A DNA stretch of 64,000 bases from Acidimicrobiia bacterium (lineage in GTDB: Bacteria; Actinomycetota; Acidimicrobiia; Spongiisociales; ZC4RG35): positions 22,054 to 86,053 of the forward strand of contig DATFBM010000012.1 of NCBI GenBank assembly GCA_035253825.1. The letters are read 5' to 3'. Positions 38,963-46,519 of the stretch are shown in pieces. The translations under genes and the position numbers were made by a program. How positions within the stretch are numbered: the stretch's first letter is position 1; every line of letters starts with the position of its first letter. The notes beneath the pieces were generated by a model. That model had not been told where the DNA came from. It did not search any database and saw only the letters and a list, made by a program, of their open reading frames with translations.

Positions 38963-39565
38963 ATGCCCGAATTGATGGTGGATTTCATCACTTCATTGGA
39001 CGGATTTGGCGCTGCCGAAGGCTGGCCAGGTTGGTGGGGGCTCGAGGGTCCCCAATATTTGGCCTGGCTACAACAACAACCACAGGACTACACGACCCTG
39101 ATGGGAGCGAACACCTACCGGCTGATGTCGGGATTCGCCGCCCAAGCGGCGGAATCGGACGACGCCACCGAGGAAGACGCCGCCATGGGCGTGCTCACCA
39201 AACAGCCCAAGGTGGTTTTTTCCTCAACACTCAAGGAACCGTTGTCGTGGGCCAACACCCGGCTGGTCGCCGAAGATGCGGCGGAGACGGTGAAAGCGAT
39301 GAAGCGCGACGGCACCAGTCCGATGCACACCCTCGGCAGCATCAGTCTCTGCCGCTCGCTCCTGAAAGCCGGTCTGGTGGACCGCTTCCGAGTCGGAGTC
39401 TTCCCGGTCATCACCGGAAGCACCGGCCGGGACCGAATTTATGACGGTTATCCAGACGTCGCCCTCGAGCTGGTTGCCCACCAGACATTTGACGACAAGA
39501 TCCAACTCCTCGAGTACGTTCCTACAGTGCTCGAGGGGCCGCCCGGCGCCAAGCCCACGCCCTGA
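38963..39565 (+). CDS. RibD_C/dihydrofolate-reductase-like family protein
   Basis: ATG 38963 follows AAGGAG. MPELMVDFITSLDGFGA...LMGANTYRLM...MHTLGSISLCRSLLKAGLVDRFRVGVFPVITG. Confidence 0.8.
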   Translation: MPELMVDFITSLDGFGAAEGWPGWWGLEGPQYLAWLQQQPQDYTTLMGANTYRLMSGFAAQAAESDDATEEDAAMGVLTKQPKVVFSSTLKEPLSWANTRLVAEDAAETVKAMKRDGTSPMHTLGSISLCRSLLKAGLVDRFRVGVFPVITGSTGRDRIYDGYPDVALELVAHQTFDDKIQLLEYVPTVLEGPPGAKPTP

Positions 39566-39577
39566 CCCGACACCCGT

Positions 39578-39925
39578 CTACATCAACTGGTAGGGGGTGA
39601 ATAGCTGGGGTTCTTCGCCATCGCCAATCTTCGCTTTGAGCTCTGCACTCGGTTCACCGAGGAGTTCCCCTGAGACCAGGCCCGTCTCCAGAATTGCCGG
39701 TGTCAAGTGGGCGAGGTTCGCACTGTGCTCGATGAGCGCCTCGGAATCCCTGAACCGCTCGATGACGATTGCCTCCGACTGGTCCTCGTTGAGATAGGTG
39801 TCGTACTGGAGCGTGCCGGAATCCCTGGCCCGGACGATTTCCAGGCACTGAGCGGACAGACGCTTGAACTCCTCGACCCTGTCCTGATGAAATTTGAAAC
39901 GAACGATGCCCATAAGCTCACTCAT
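39578..39925 (-). CDS. Antibiotic-biosynthesis-monooxygenase (ABM)-like small protein
   Basis: 115 aa. VRFKFHQDRVEEFKRL...EAIVIERFRDSEALIEH ferredoxin-like ABM pattern. Confidence 0.65.
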   Translation of the reverse strand: MSELMGIVRFKFHQDRVEEFKRLSAQCLEIVRARDSGTLQYDTYLNEDQSEAIVIERFRDSEALIEHSANLAHLTPAILETGLVSGELLGEPSAELKAKIGDGEEPQLFTPYQLM

Positions 39926-39969
39926 TGCTCTGGCCTCCTTCCCTGCGCCTCAAAAGTGGTAGCGAGCTC

Positions 39970-40386
39970 CTAATGGGCGTACTGCTCCCTGGCCCGCTTG
40001 AAGCTGGCGGCGATCAGTTTCTCCAAGACCTTGGTGTCGACATCAGCCAGCTTGTTGATGTAGAGACAGCCAACGCTGGTCGTGTGTTTGCCCAGGTCCT
40101 TCAGCAGTTCCGGGAAGTTCCGGGGATAGACGTAGAGGGTCAGGTTTTGCTTGCGCGGCGAAAAACTGGCCAGCGGCCAGTCGCCCTCCTGCGAGCTGCG
40201 CTCCGACTTGTAGTGGTATACGCCGAAGCCGACAATGCTCGGCCCCCACATCTTGGGGTCCATTCCGGTAACACGCTTATAGATTTTGAGAAGCTCGAAG
40301 GCATCCCGGCGCCGGGTGTCGTTCTCCACGCTGTTTAGGAAGTCTTCAACACTTGCGTCTGTGACCTTGGTCTTGAGTTCTGCCAT
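39970..40386 (-). CDS. DUF1801 (YdhG-like) domain protein
   Basis: VEDFLNSVENDTRRRDAFELLKIYKRVTG...MWGPSIVGFG.YHYKSE... Confidence 0.8.
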   Translation of the reverse strand: MAELKTKVTDASVEDFLNSVENDTRRRDAFELLKIYKRVTGMDPKMWGPSIVGFGVYHYKSERSSQEGDWPLASFSPRKQNLTLYVYPRNFPELLKDLGKHTTSVGCLYINKLADVDTKVLEKLIAASFKRAREQYAH

Positions 40387-40450
40387 GAGTCTTTGTCAAA
40401 CCTTTCCTATCGCCACCGTAACACCGTGGAAAAGCTGGCCATAAAGCCAG

Positions 40451-42513
40451 TCATACCCATCCCCAGCCGATCAGGTTCCAGGCAACGAGCTGGGCGACGA
40501 GGAAGATAGAGGTGAGGTAGAGGGCCAGGTTTTGCCGGAGGAATGAACCATCCCACCAATCCCTGAACCAACCGATGGCACCGACGCCGACGAAGGCCCC
40601 CGCCATCCCTGCGAACACCAACGGGACGTGTAACGCCAGCCGCTGGCCCAGAGGCAATTCGAGCCAGCCGACAAAACCGGAATCGACGAGCCCGGGCAGC
40701 GCAGCGATCAGGGCGACGACCCCGAGGACAAAAAGGGAAACAACCGAGGCAAGAGCCGCGGCCAGGCGCCGAGCGGCGAGATGGTCGCTCACAAGCGTTT
40801 GCCCGGTCCGGCGGCGGACGAAGGCTCGAGTGGCAGCTGCTGCAAGCGAACCGATCGCCACCGCCCCGGCAAATGCCAGTGCGACCCACTGCCACTTTGC
40901 CGGACCCGAAGCTTTGATCAGCTCGATATTTCGCCATGTTGGAACGGGGCTCGCCAGGTCAAGTGTTTCACCGTCTTCGGAGAGAAAGAGGCCTTCGGAG
41001 ATCTCGGTCAAGCGATGTTGGCCGGCAACGAACCATTCGCCAGTTTCGAGGTATGGCACCCCAGCCTCGACGAAAAACCGGGCGCTCGGCGTCATAGGGT
41101 CGATGACCTTCCACTGCCGCGCTCTGTACTCACCGGCGTAAGCAGCCCAACGGTCGGATTCATCTCCGACTGGCACGGTGGCGGCGGCGCGGACCAACGC
41201 CGGAAGGTCTCGGGGAAGTTGATAGCTGGCGAGCGGATCTGCTGGCCAGCCCTGATAGGGGAGCCTCTGCACTCGATCGGCGTAGACGCTCTGGGGCTGT
41301 CGAACGAGGGCAGTCAAAATCGACGCCGGGAGGTAGCCCTGGAGGGTGTGATCCGACGAGTTGGTCAGGACCGCGATGCCAAGTTGGAGTTGCGGAAGCC
41401 ACCACAGATCAGACAGGAACCCGAATCCGCCGCCTCCATGACTGAACAGGTCAGCCATATGCCCTGCGACCCACCTCGTTCGATCTACGCCGAGCGCGTA
41501 CCCGAGAGGTGCATCCTCGTGGGGAGCGGGAACGGATCGCATCTCCCCGATCAATGCGGGGTTGAGAATGGTCCGCCCGTCAATAGTCCCGTCACCGAGT
41601 TGAAAGCTGAGAAAGCGGGCGAGGTCCTGCGCATTCGAATACATCCCCCCTGCCGCGGTCATCGGGACCTCGAGAGGGATCTTGGAAAGCGGAGGCACAT
41701 GGCCGACGGCCCGATTGGCGTTTTTGCGAATGTCCTCGAGATCGAAAGAGCTGGCATACATCCCGATCGGCTCGAGGACCTTCTCGCGCATCAAGTTGGG
41801 GAAGGGTTGACCGTAGGCCCTTTGCAGGATGTAGCCGGCGAGGTCTATGCCGAGGTTGGAGTAGGCGTAGCCAGTTCCAACGGGAAAGCGGAGCCAGGTA
41901 TCAGAAATGCTCTCGACGTGTGAGTCGAAAGTGCCCGTAGCGAGTTCGAGATTGTTCCCGACTGGAGCCTCATGGGTGAAGCCCGCAGTATGGCTGAGCA
42001 ACATCCTCAGCGTGATCTTGCGTTCGGCGTGCGCTTCGAAGGCACTGTTCACCGTGAACTCGGGCAGGTAAGTGACGATCGGCTCATCGAGATCAAGCAG
42101 GCCTTCCTGGACGGCAATCATCACTCCCGTTGCAGTGAAGACCTTTGATATCGACTGAACGCTGAAGACTGTCTCGGTCGTCACAGGAATATCTCCGCCT
42201 CGCTCAGTTGACCAAAGCCCTCGATCCACAGCACCTCATCGCCGTCGACAAGGACCAGTGCGAGCCCAGGAACCTTCTGTTCCGCCATGAGCTCGGGGAT
42301 TTCCTCTCGGAAGCGAGCGATGATCGAAGAGACGGCTCCAACCGGCTCCGAACTCTGGGCCCAAGCTGGCCAACCGGCAATGAGAGTCGCCGCCGCCGCT
42401 ACGACCAGGACGCCGCCAGTCAGGCGCGGTCTTCGCTCGCTGGGACTAGACCGGAAGAAATTCAACAAGCCTCTACCTATTCCAAGTGATCGAGCGCACG
42501 CCCGACCACTCAA
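40451..42513 (-). pseudogene. Serine hydrolase / beta-lactamase-family protein with C-terminal multi-TM extension, interrupted by a frameshift
   Basis: ORF 42181..42513 (signal peptide ...VPGLALVLVDGDEVLWIEGFG) and ORF 40451..42229 (...TERGGDIPVTTETVFSVQSISKVFTA..., SxxK motif) are consecutive parts of one class-C-like fold in different frames. The frame switch lies near 42208-42213. Confidence 0.65.
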
Positions 42514-42580
42514 GATTCATCCGCCGGCGAGGAATCTCCTAGAGGCGAATGGCACGAGGTAAGAAGGTTCAACCAGAACT

Positions 42581-42615
42581 CTGACAAAAGAAAAGGGCCC
42601 GGTCAGCCCGGGCCC
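42581..42615 (-). terminator. Rho-independent terminator after 42642..43181
   Basis: GGGCCCGG (42595-42602) pairs with CCGGGCCC (42608-42615). On the minus strand it is followed by CTTTTCTTTTG. Confidence 0.7.
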
Positions 42616-42641
42616 TCTTCTTGATGAGTCGGATGCTCTTT

Positions 42642-43181
42642 CTAGGCGATTAGGGCCTTGCGCAGGGAGAGGAAGGTCACTCCCGAAGCGATGAGTGCGA
42701 TTCCGACCACCAGGGCGAAAGCCGAGAGTGCGTAAGCCAGAAGGCCAAGGTTGAGAGCGGTCATCAGGCTCGTGGCATTGATCCAGCTAGCCCTCGCCGC
42801 GTTGGGCACCATGACGGGCTGTCCGTCTTCGCCAACGACCTCGTTCCCCGCCTCGTCGACCTGGGGGACCTGGCGAGGCATCTCGGAGTAGCGCAGCCCC
42901 TCAGTGCTGTCTAGCTGATGGTGCTCGATGATGGCGGACTGGGCATACATGCTCATCGGCCCTCGCACCGGCACCTCAGGGAAGATCGCGTCGTCAGGGG
43001 TCGTTATGTCCTCCTCGACTGCCTGACTCCAGGTGTAGACCGCTCCGAAAACACCGCCGGCGAACGATCCGATCCCGACCACCAGGGTGAGAATTCCAAC
43101 GATCGCTAGAAGCCGGCGACGTGCGTGCCCCGTACGTTCATCGAGAGCCTTGGTGGCTCTCCTCTCGACAACGGTTGTCAT
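42642..43181 (-). CDS. Uncharacterised bitopic membrane protein, family A (paralogue of 53031..53444)
   Basis: ATG 43181 follows AAGGAGG. N- and C-terminal TM helices flank a domain with GPMSMYAQSAIIEHHQLDSTEGLRYSEM. The paralogue has GPFSAYCEAQIIDQHALDATDGLRYAEL. Confidence 0.7.
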   Translation of the reverse strand: MTTVVERRATKALDERTGHARRRLLAIVGILTLVVGIGSFAGGVFGAVYTWSQAVEEDITTPDDAIFPEVPVRGPMSMYAQSAIIEHHQLDSTEGLRYSEMPRQVPQVDEAGNEVVGEDGQPVMVPNAARASWINATSLMTALNLGLLAYALSAFALVVGIALIASGVTFLSLRKALIA

Positions 43182-43248
43182 CGTGTCCTCCTTTTGAACA
43201 CTTTCGAAAACTGACAATGTCAGTGTTCAAGGTCAGGGGCTCCCCCGG

Positions 43249-43289
43249 TAGGGCCGGCAGGTCCCTATGGCTCGGGACCTGTGGCCCTA
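43249..43289. promoter_or_regulatory. Two adjacent DevR-box-like palindromes in a divergent promoter
   Basis: TAGGGCCGGCAGGTCCCTA (43249-43267) and CGGGACCTGTGGCCCTA (43273-43289). They lie 67 nt and 69 nt from the two divergent start codons. Confidence 0.4.
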
Positions 43290-43358
43290 TTGCGTGAGGT
43301 CACTAGCTGCCAATTTCGGTTTGGGAATGACCAGGCAAGGCATGTCAGGCACCTAGCG

Positions 43359-43820
43359 ATGCTCGTCTACTACTTCGGACACGTCGAGGGCACTCTGGCC
43401 GAGGTTGCCCTACTGATCAGCGATTCCCAAAGCGACCTCTCAGCCTGGGCTCGGTTGGCCGTCAGGCATGGAGAGGAATTGACAACCCGCCTCAACGCTG
43501 GGCCTTTTATGCCCGCCAAAGAGGTGCATATCGACGTGGGGAGGGCTGAGCGCCGTTCGGGTTCGGTGGTAATTCCCATCAAGTGGCAGGCGACGGGAGC
43601 GGAAGCTCTTTTCCCGGAGATGAACGCTGATCTGGTTCTTCAGCCCATTGGCCATATGTACGTCCAGGTGGTATTCAGAGGTTCCTATGACCCGCCATTC
43701 GGGGGGATCGGACGTTTGCTCGATCGGGCGCTGATGCATCGACTGGCTGAAGCCAGCGTCAAGTCATTCGTCGATCAGTTGTGCACCGCGGTCAACGAGC
43801 GCTCTAACGGAACCTCTTAG
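43359..43820 (+). CDS. Uncharacterised soluble protein, family B (paralogue of 54947..55438)
   Basis: MLVYYFGHVEG...VVIPIKWQATGAEALFPEMNADLVLQPIG...FRGSYDPPFGGIGRLLDRALMHRLAEASVKSF aligns along its whole length with MFVYYFVHVEK...TTVPISWKATGIGALFPVLEADLVVERIG...LQGRYRPPFGAVGRLLDAALFHRLAEACVKDF. Confidence 0.65.
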   Translation: MLVYYFGHVEGTLAEVALLISDSQSDLSAWARLAVRHGEELTTRLNAGPFMPAKEVHIDVGRAERRSGSVVIPIKWQATGAEALFPEMNADLVLQPIGHMYVQVVFRGSYDPPFGGIGRLLDRALMHRLAEASVKSFVDQLCTAVNERSNGTS

Positions 43821-44548
43821 CGGGAAATCCGGCGCCGCCACTCGGATGGCGGGTATTGGTGACTGGATTGAGCTTCAATCCGAGCCAGGTGAGCGGCCGC
43901 GCCAGCACGATGACCAATGCCCATCTTGGTCAGCAGGTTGGAGACGTAGTTCTTGACCGTCTTCTCAGCCAGAAAGAGATTGTCAGCGATTTCTCGGTTC
44001 GTTCTTCCGGCGGTGATTTGCTGAAGGATGATCCTCTCGCGCTGGGTCAGCCTCGCCAGCAGCGGGTCGTCGGGCAAACGACTGGCCTGGGTTGTTGGCG
44101 CGTCCCTGAACACTGTGTCACCAGCGGCCACTCGCCTGATGTCGTCGAGCAAATCGAACTCCTGAACGCGCTTGAGTACAAAGCCTGCCACACCCTCTCG
44201 TCGGGCGGCCTCGAGCGCTTGCTGGTCAGCAAATCCGGTCAAGATGAGAATTCGCGAGTTGGGAGAAACCCTGCGGGCTGCCCGACATACCTCAAGACCG
44301 GAACCATCTGGAAGGTCGAGGTCAACCACGATTACATCGGGTTCGTGGATCCCGATGCGGCGAATGGCGTCTGCCACGCTGGCGGCCTCAGCCACAACTT
44401 GGAAGTCGGCCGTTGCTTCGATGAGCGTGCGCAGTCCATGACGCACCAGATCGTGGTCGTCGACGAGCATCACCCGGGTTGGTGTATGGTCGCTTCCCCT
44501 TCCGGGTGCGTCAGGTGCAACGCGAGGAAGGTCAGTTGTGTTGACCAT
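43817..44548 (-). CDS. NarL/LuxR-family response regulator, DevR(DosR)-like (orphan, co-transcribed with a CBS gene)
   Basis: Receiver VMLVDDHDLVRHGL...VIVVDLDLPDGSG. HTH LTQRERIILQQITAGRTNREIADNLFLAEKTVKNYVSNLLTKMG. Alternative starts at 44473/44470. Confidence 0.9.
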   Translation of the reverse strand: MVNTTDLPRVAPDAPGRGSDHTPTRVMLVDDHDLVRHGLRTLIEATADFQVVAEAASVADAIRRIGIHEPDVIVVDLDLPDGSGLEVCRAARRVSPNSRILILTGFADQQALEAARREGVAGFVLKRVQEFDLLDDIRRVAAGDTVFRDAPTTQASRLPDDPLLARLTQRERIILQQITAGRTNREIADNLFLAEKTVKNYVSNLLTKMGIGHRAGAAAHLARIEAQSSHQYPPSEWRRRISR

Positions 44549-44945
44549 ATGCCGACTTTCGGCTCAACACCCCTGCTTCCCCGGTTATGGACCACATGAT
44601 GTCTTTCATGCTCACCATCCCGAGAAGCTTGCCGCCGTCAGCCACCGGCAGGTGCCGGTAGCCAGCCGCCAGCATCCATTCGGCGGCGTCCGTTACCTCG
44701 ATGTCGGGCTCCATCGAATCGGGGTCTCGGGTCATGTACTCGCTGGTTTGCGTGGTTTCGGGATCTCGTCCCTCTGCAACTGCCCGGACAACGTCTCGCT
44801 CCGAAATGATCCCAACCAGATAGTCATGCATCGTTATGGCGAGGGCTCCGTGTTCCTCGGCGACCATGCGCCGCGCCACATCAGCTATGGATGTGTCCAT
44901 TCCGCAGGTCTGAACCGGGCGGACCATTACTTCGCTAACCAACAT
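44532..44945 (-). CDS. CBS-pair domain protein (HRP1-like)
   Basis: 137 aa. LVSEVMVRPVQTC...LVGIISERDVVRAV...GYRHLPVADGGKLLGMVSMKDIMW. 17-nt overlap with the regulator gene. Confidence 0.85.
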   Translation of the reverse strand: MLVSEVMVRPVQTCGMDTSIADVARRMVAEEHGALAITMHDYLVGIISERDVVRAVAEGRDPETTQTSEYMTRDPDSMEPDIEVTDAAEWMLAAGYRHLPVADGGKLLGMVSMKDIMWSITGEAGVLSRKSAYGQHN

Positions 44946-45004
44946 ATCAAAACCTCCTAGAGCACCTCCGATTATCTCCCTCGGCCGTATCCGCCGCCAG
45001 GATG

Positions 45005-45038
45005 CAAAGGTCCCCGCCCGTAGGGCCGTTCGACCCTT
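45005..45038 (-). promoter_or_regulatory. Conserved 34-nt promoter element (copy 1) upstream of the CBS/DevR-like operon
   Basis: The minus strand reads AAGGGTCGAACGGCCCT-acgggc-GGGGACCTTTG, 59 nt before the start at 44945. Identical 17-nt and 11-nt blocks occur at 62875-62908. Confidence 0.55.
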
Positions 45039-45166
45039 AGGGCTGTCTTGGTCGCTCAGAACTGGATGCCAGTCAGGACCTTCGCCTCTGTGCAGTCGTG
45101 CACGCTTTGCGCCACCTTGACACCGACGGGGCCCCCCAAAAGGCCTCTCAGAAAGGAGGTGATCTT

Positions 45167-45508
45167 GTGACGCTGTTACTTGAACGAGAAAAGCGAACTG
45201 AGATCACCCGGAGCCCGGTCCGCCATATGACCGAATGGGTGCTTGGCCTGGCCGGGGTGGTAGCGGCCGCAGTGGGTGTGTGGATGTACTACGTCCCGAC
45301 TGATTGGTTCCTCGGAAACCTTGTCGAGGGTTGGTACCTAGGCATGTTTGCGGGAGCCGGTCTTCTTCTGTTCGCCGCCTTCGCGGTGCTCACCCGAAAG
45401 GCGTACGTCGTACACCGAGACTGGACAGCCACGGCTGTCTGGGCGGCAGGGTTCGCGATCGCCGCCCTCACGGGTGCGGTGGTGTTCGGCCTGATCTGGA
45501 TGCTCTGA
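45167..45508 (+). CDS. Hypothetical 3-TM membrane protein
   Basis: GTG 45167 lies 7 nt after AGGAGG. 113 aa, hydrophobic. Confidence 0.6.
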   Translation: MTLLLEREKRTEITRSPVRHMTEWVLGLAGVVAAAVGVWMYYVPTDWFLGNLVEGWYLGMFAGAGLLLFAAFAVLTRKAYVVHRDWTATAVWAAGFAIAALTGAVVFGLIWML

Positions 45509-45520
45509 TCCCCAACGCCC

Positions 45521-45560
45521 AAGGATCCGGGGACCCTGTGGGCCCCGGATCCTTTGCTTC
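45521..45560 (+). terminator. Rho-independent terminator (long hairpin) after 45167..45508
   Basis: AAGGATCCGGGG (45521-45532) pairs with CCCCGGATCCTT (45544-45555), with 3 further inner base pairs and a TTGCTTCTGTG tail. Confidence 0.65.
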
Positions 45561-45588
45561 TGTGTCGTGGCCCTCTGGCCCTAGGCGG

Positions 45589-45605
45589 AGGGCCGTTTGG
45601 CTCTA
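45589..45605 (+). promoter_or_regulatory. DevR-box-like site upstream of the tandem USP gene
   Basis: AGGGCCGTTTGGCTCTA, 56 nt before ATG 45662. It shares AGGGCCGTT with the CBS promoter box. Confidence 0.35.
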
Positions 45606-45661
45606 GCGCGAGTGCTGGCCCCCTCAGCAAGCTGGTGGCAGCCAAATCAAAGGAGATGTCC

Positions 45662-46477
45662 ATGACTAGCTTGCCAAGGCGTCCCTATCGCAGTGTCATT
45701 GTCGCTACGGACGGTTCCCGCCTGTCCCGTTCGGCACTGGCCGGGGGGGCGCTACTCGCCTCCCAATCCAAGGCCGAGCTCTATGTCTTTCATGCCGCGA
45801 CAAGTCTCGACGTCGAGCAATCTGTCCTGGATCAGGCCGCCGAAGTGCTCGGGATCCAAGAGCACAAGATGGTAGTTAGGGACCTCGACTTTGAGTCGAC
45901 ACCGGCCGAGATGATTGCGGAGTTCGCCCGCGAGCTTGGTGAGGAAACGATGGTGGCGGTCGGTACCCACGGCCGAGGGGGAGTCGGCCTTTCCGTACTC
46001 GGATCGACTGCCATTGATCTCTTGGCTCGCGCCAGCCAGCCAATCATCGCCTACGGACCGGAATCGAACTCTCCCATAGAAATCGCCAGAGTGGTGGCGT
46101 GCGTCGATGGCTCGGAGTTCTCCGAATTGAGCATCGGGGAGGCGGCAAGGTGGGCTAACGCTCTCGCCGTTCCACTTTGGGTAATTCAGGTGGTTCGACC
46201 ATACATGCCCGCCAAGATGGGCGTCTTCGAGACTGCATATGTCCACAACCTCGCAAAGGAAGTCGTAGGGCTCCAAGAGAAAGTGGAGTGGGACGTGCTT
46301 CACTCACCCTCCCCCGCCCACTCGATTCTCGACATGTATGGAAAGGACTCGGCGACCATGCTGGTGATGGCTACTCATGGGCGCACCGGGTTAGAGCGAC
46401 TGCTGCTCGGGAGCGTTGCGACCGGCGTGGTGAAAGGAGCCTGGGGCCCCGTCGTCCTGGTCTGCCCTCCTCAATAG
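45662..46477 (+). CDS. Universal stress protein (tandem USP domains)
   Basis: VIVATDGS...VGTHGRGGVGLSVLGSTAIDLL and VVACVDGS...MATHGRTGLERLLLGSVATGVV. Confidence 0.85.
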   Translation: MTSLPRRPYRSVIVATDGSRLSRSALAGGALLASQSKAELYVFHAATSLDVEQSVLDQAAEVLGIQEHKMVVRDLDFESTPAEMIAEFARELGEETMVAVGTHGRGGVGLSVLGSTAIDLLARASQPIIAYGPESNSPIEIARVVACVDGSEFSELSIGEAARWANALAVPLWVIQVVRPYMPAKMGVFETAYVHNLAKEVVGLQEKVEWDVLHSPSPAHSILDMYGKDSATMLVMATHGRTGLERLLLGSVATGVVKGAWGPVVLVCPPQ

Positions 46478-46519
46478 GGATCAGCGCACTCATCGCCACC
46501 CACACGATGGTGTAGTTCC

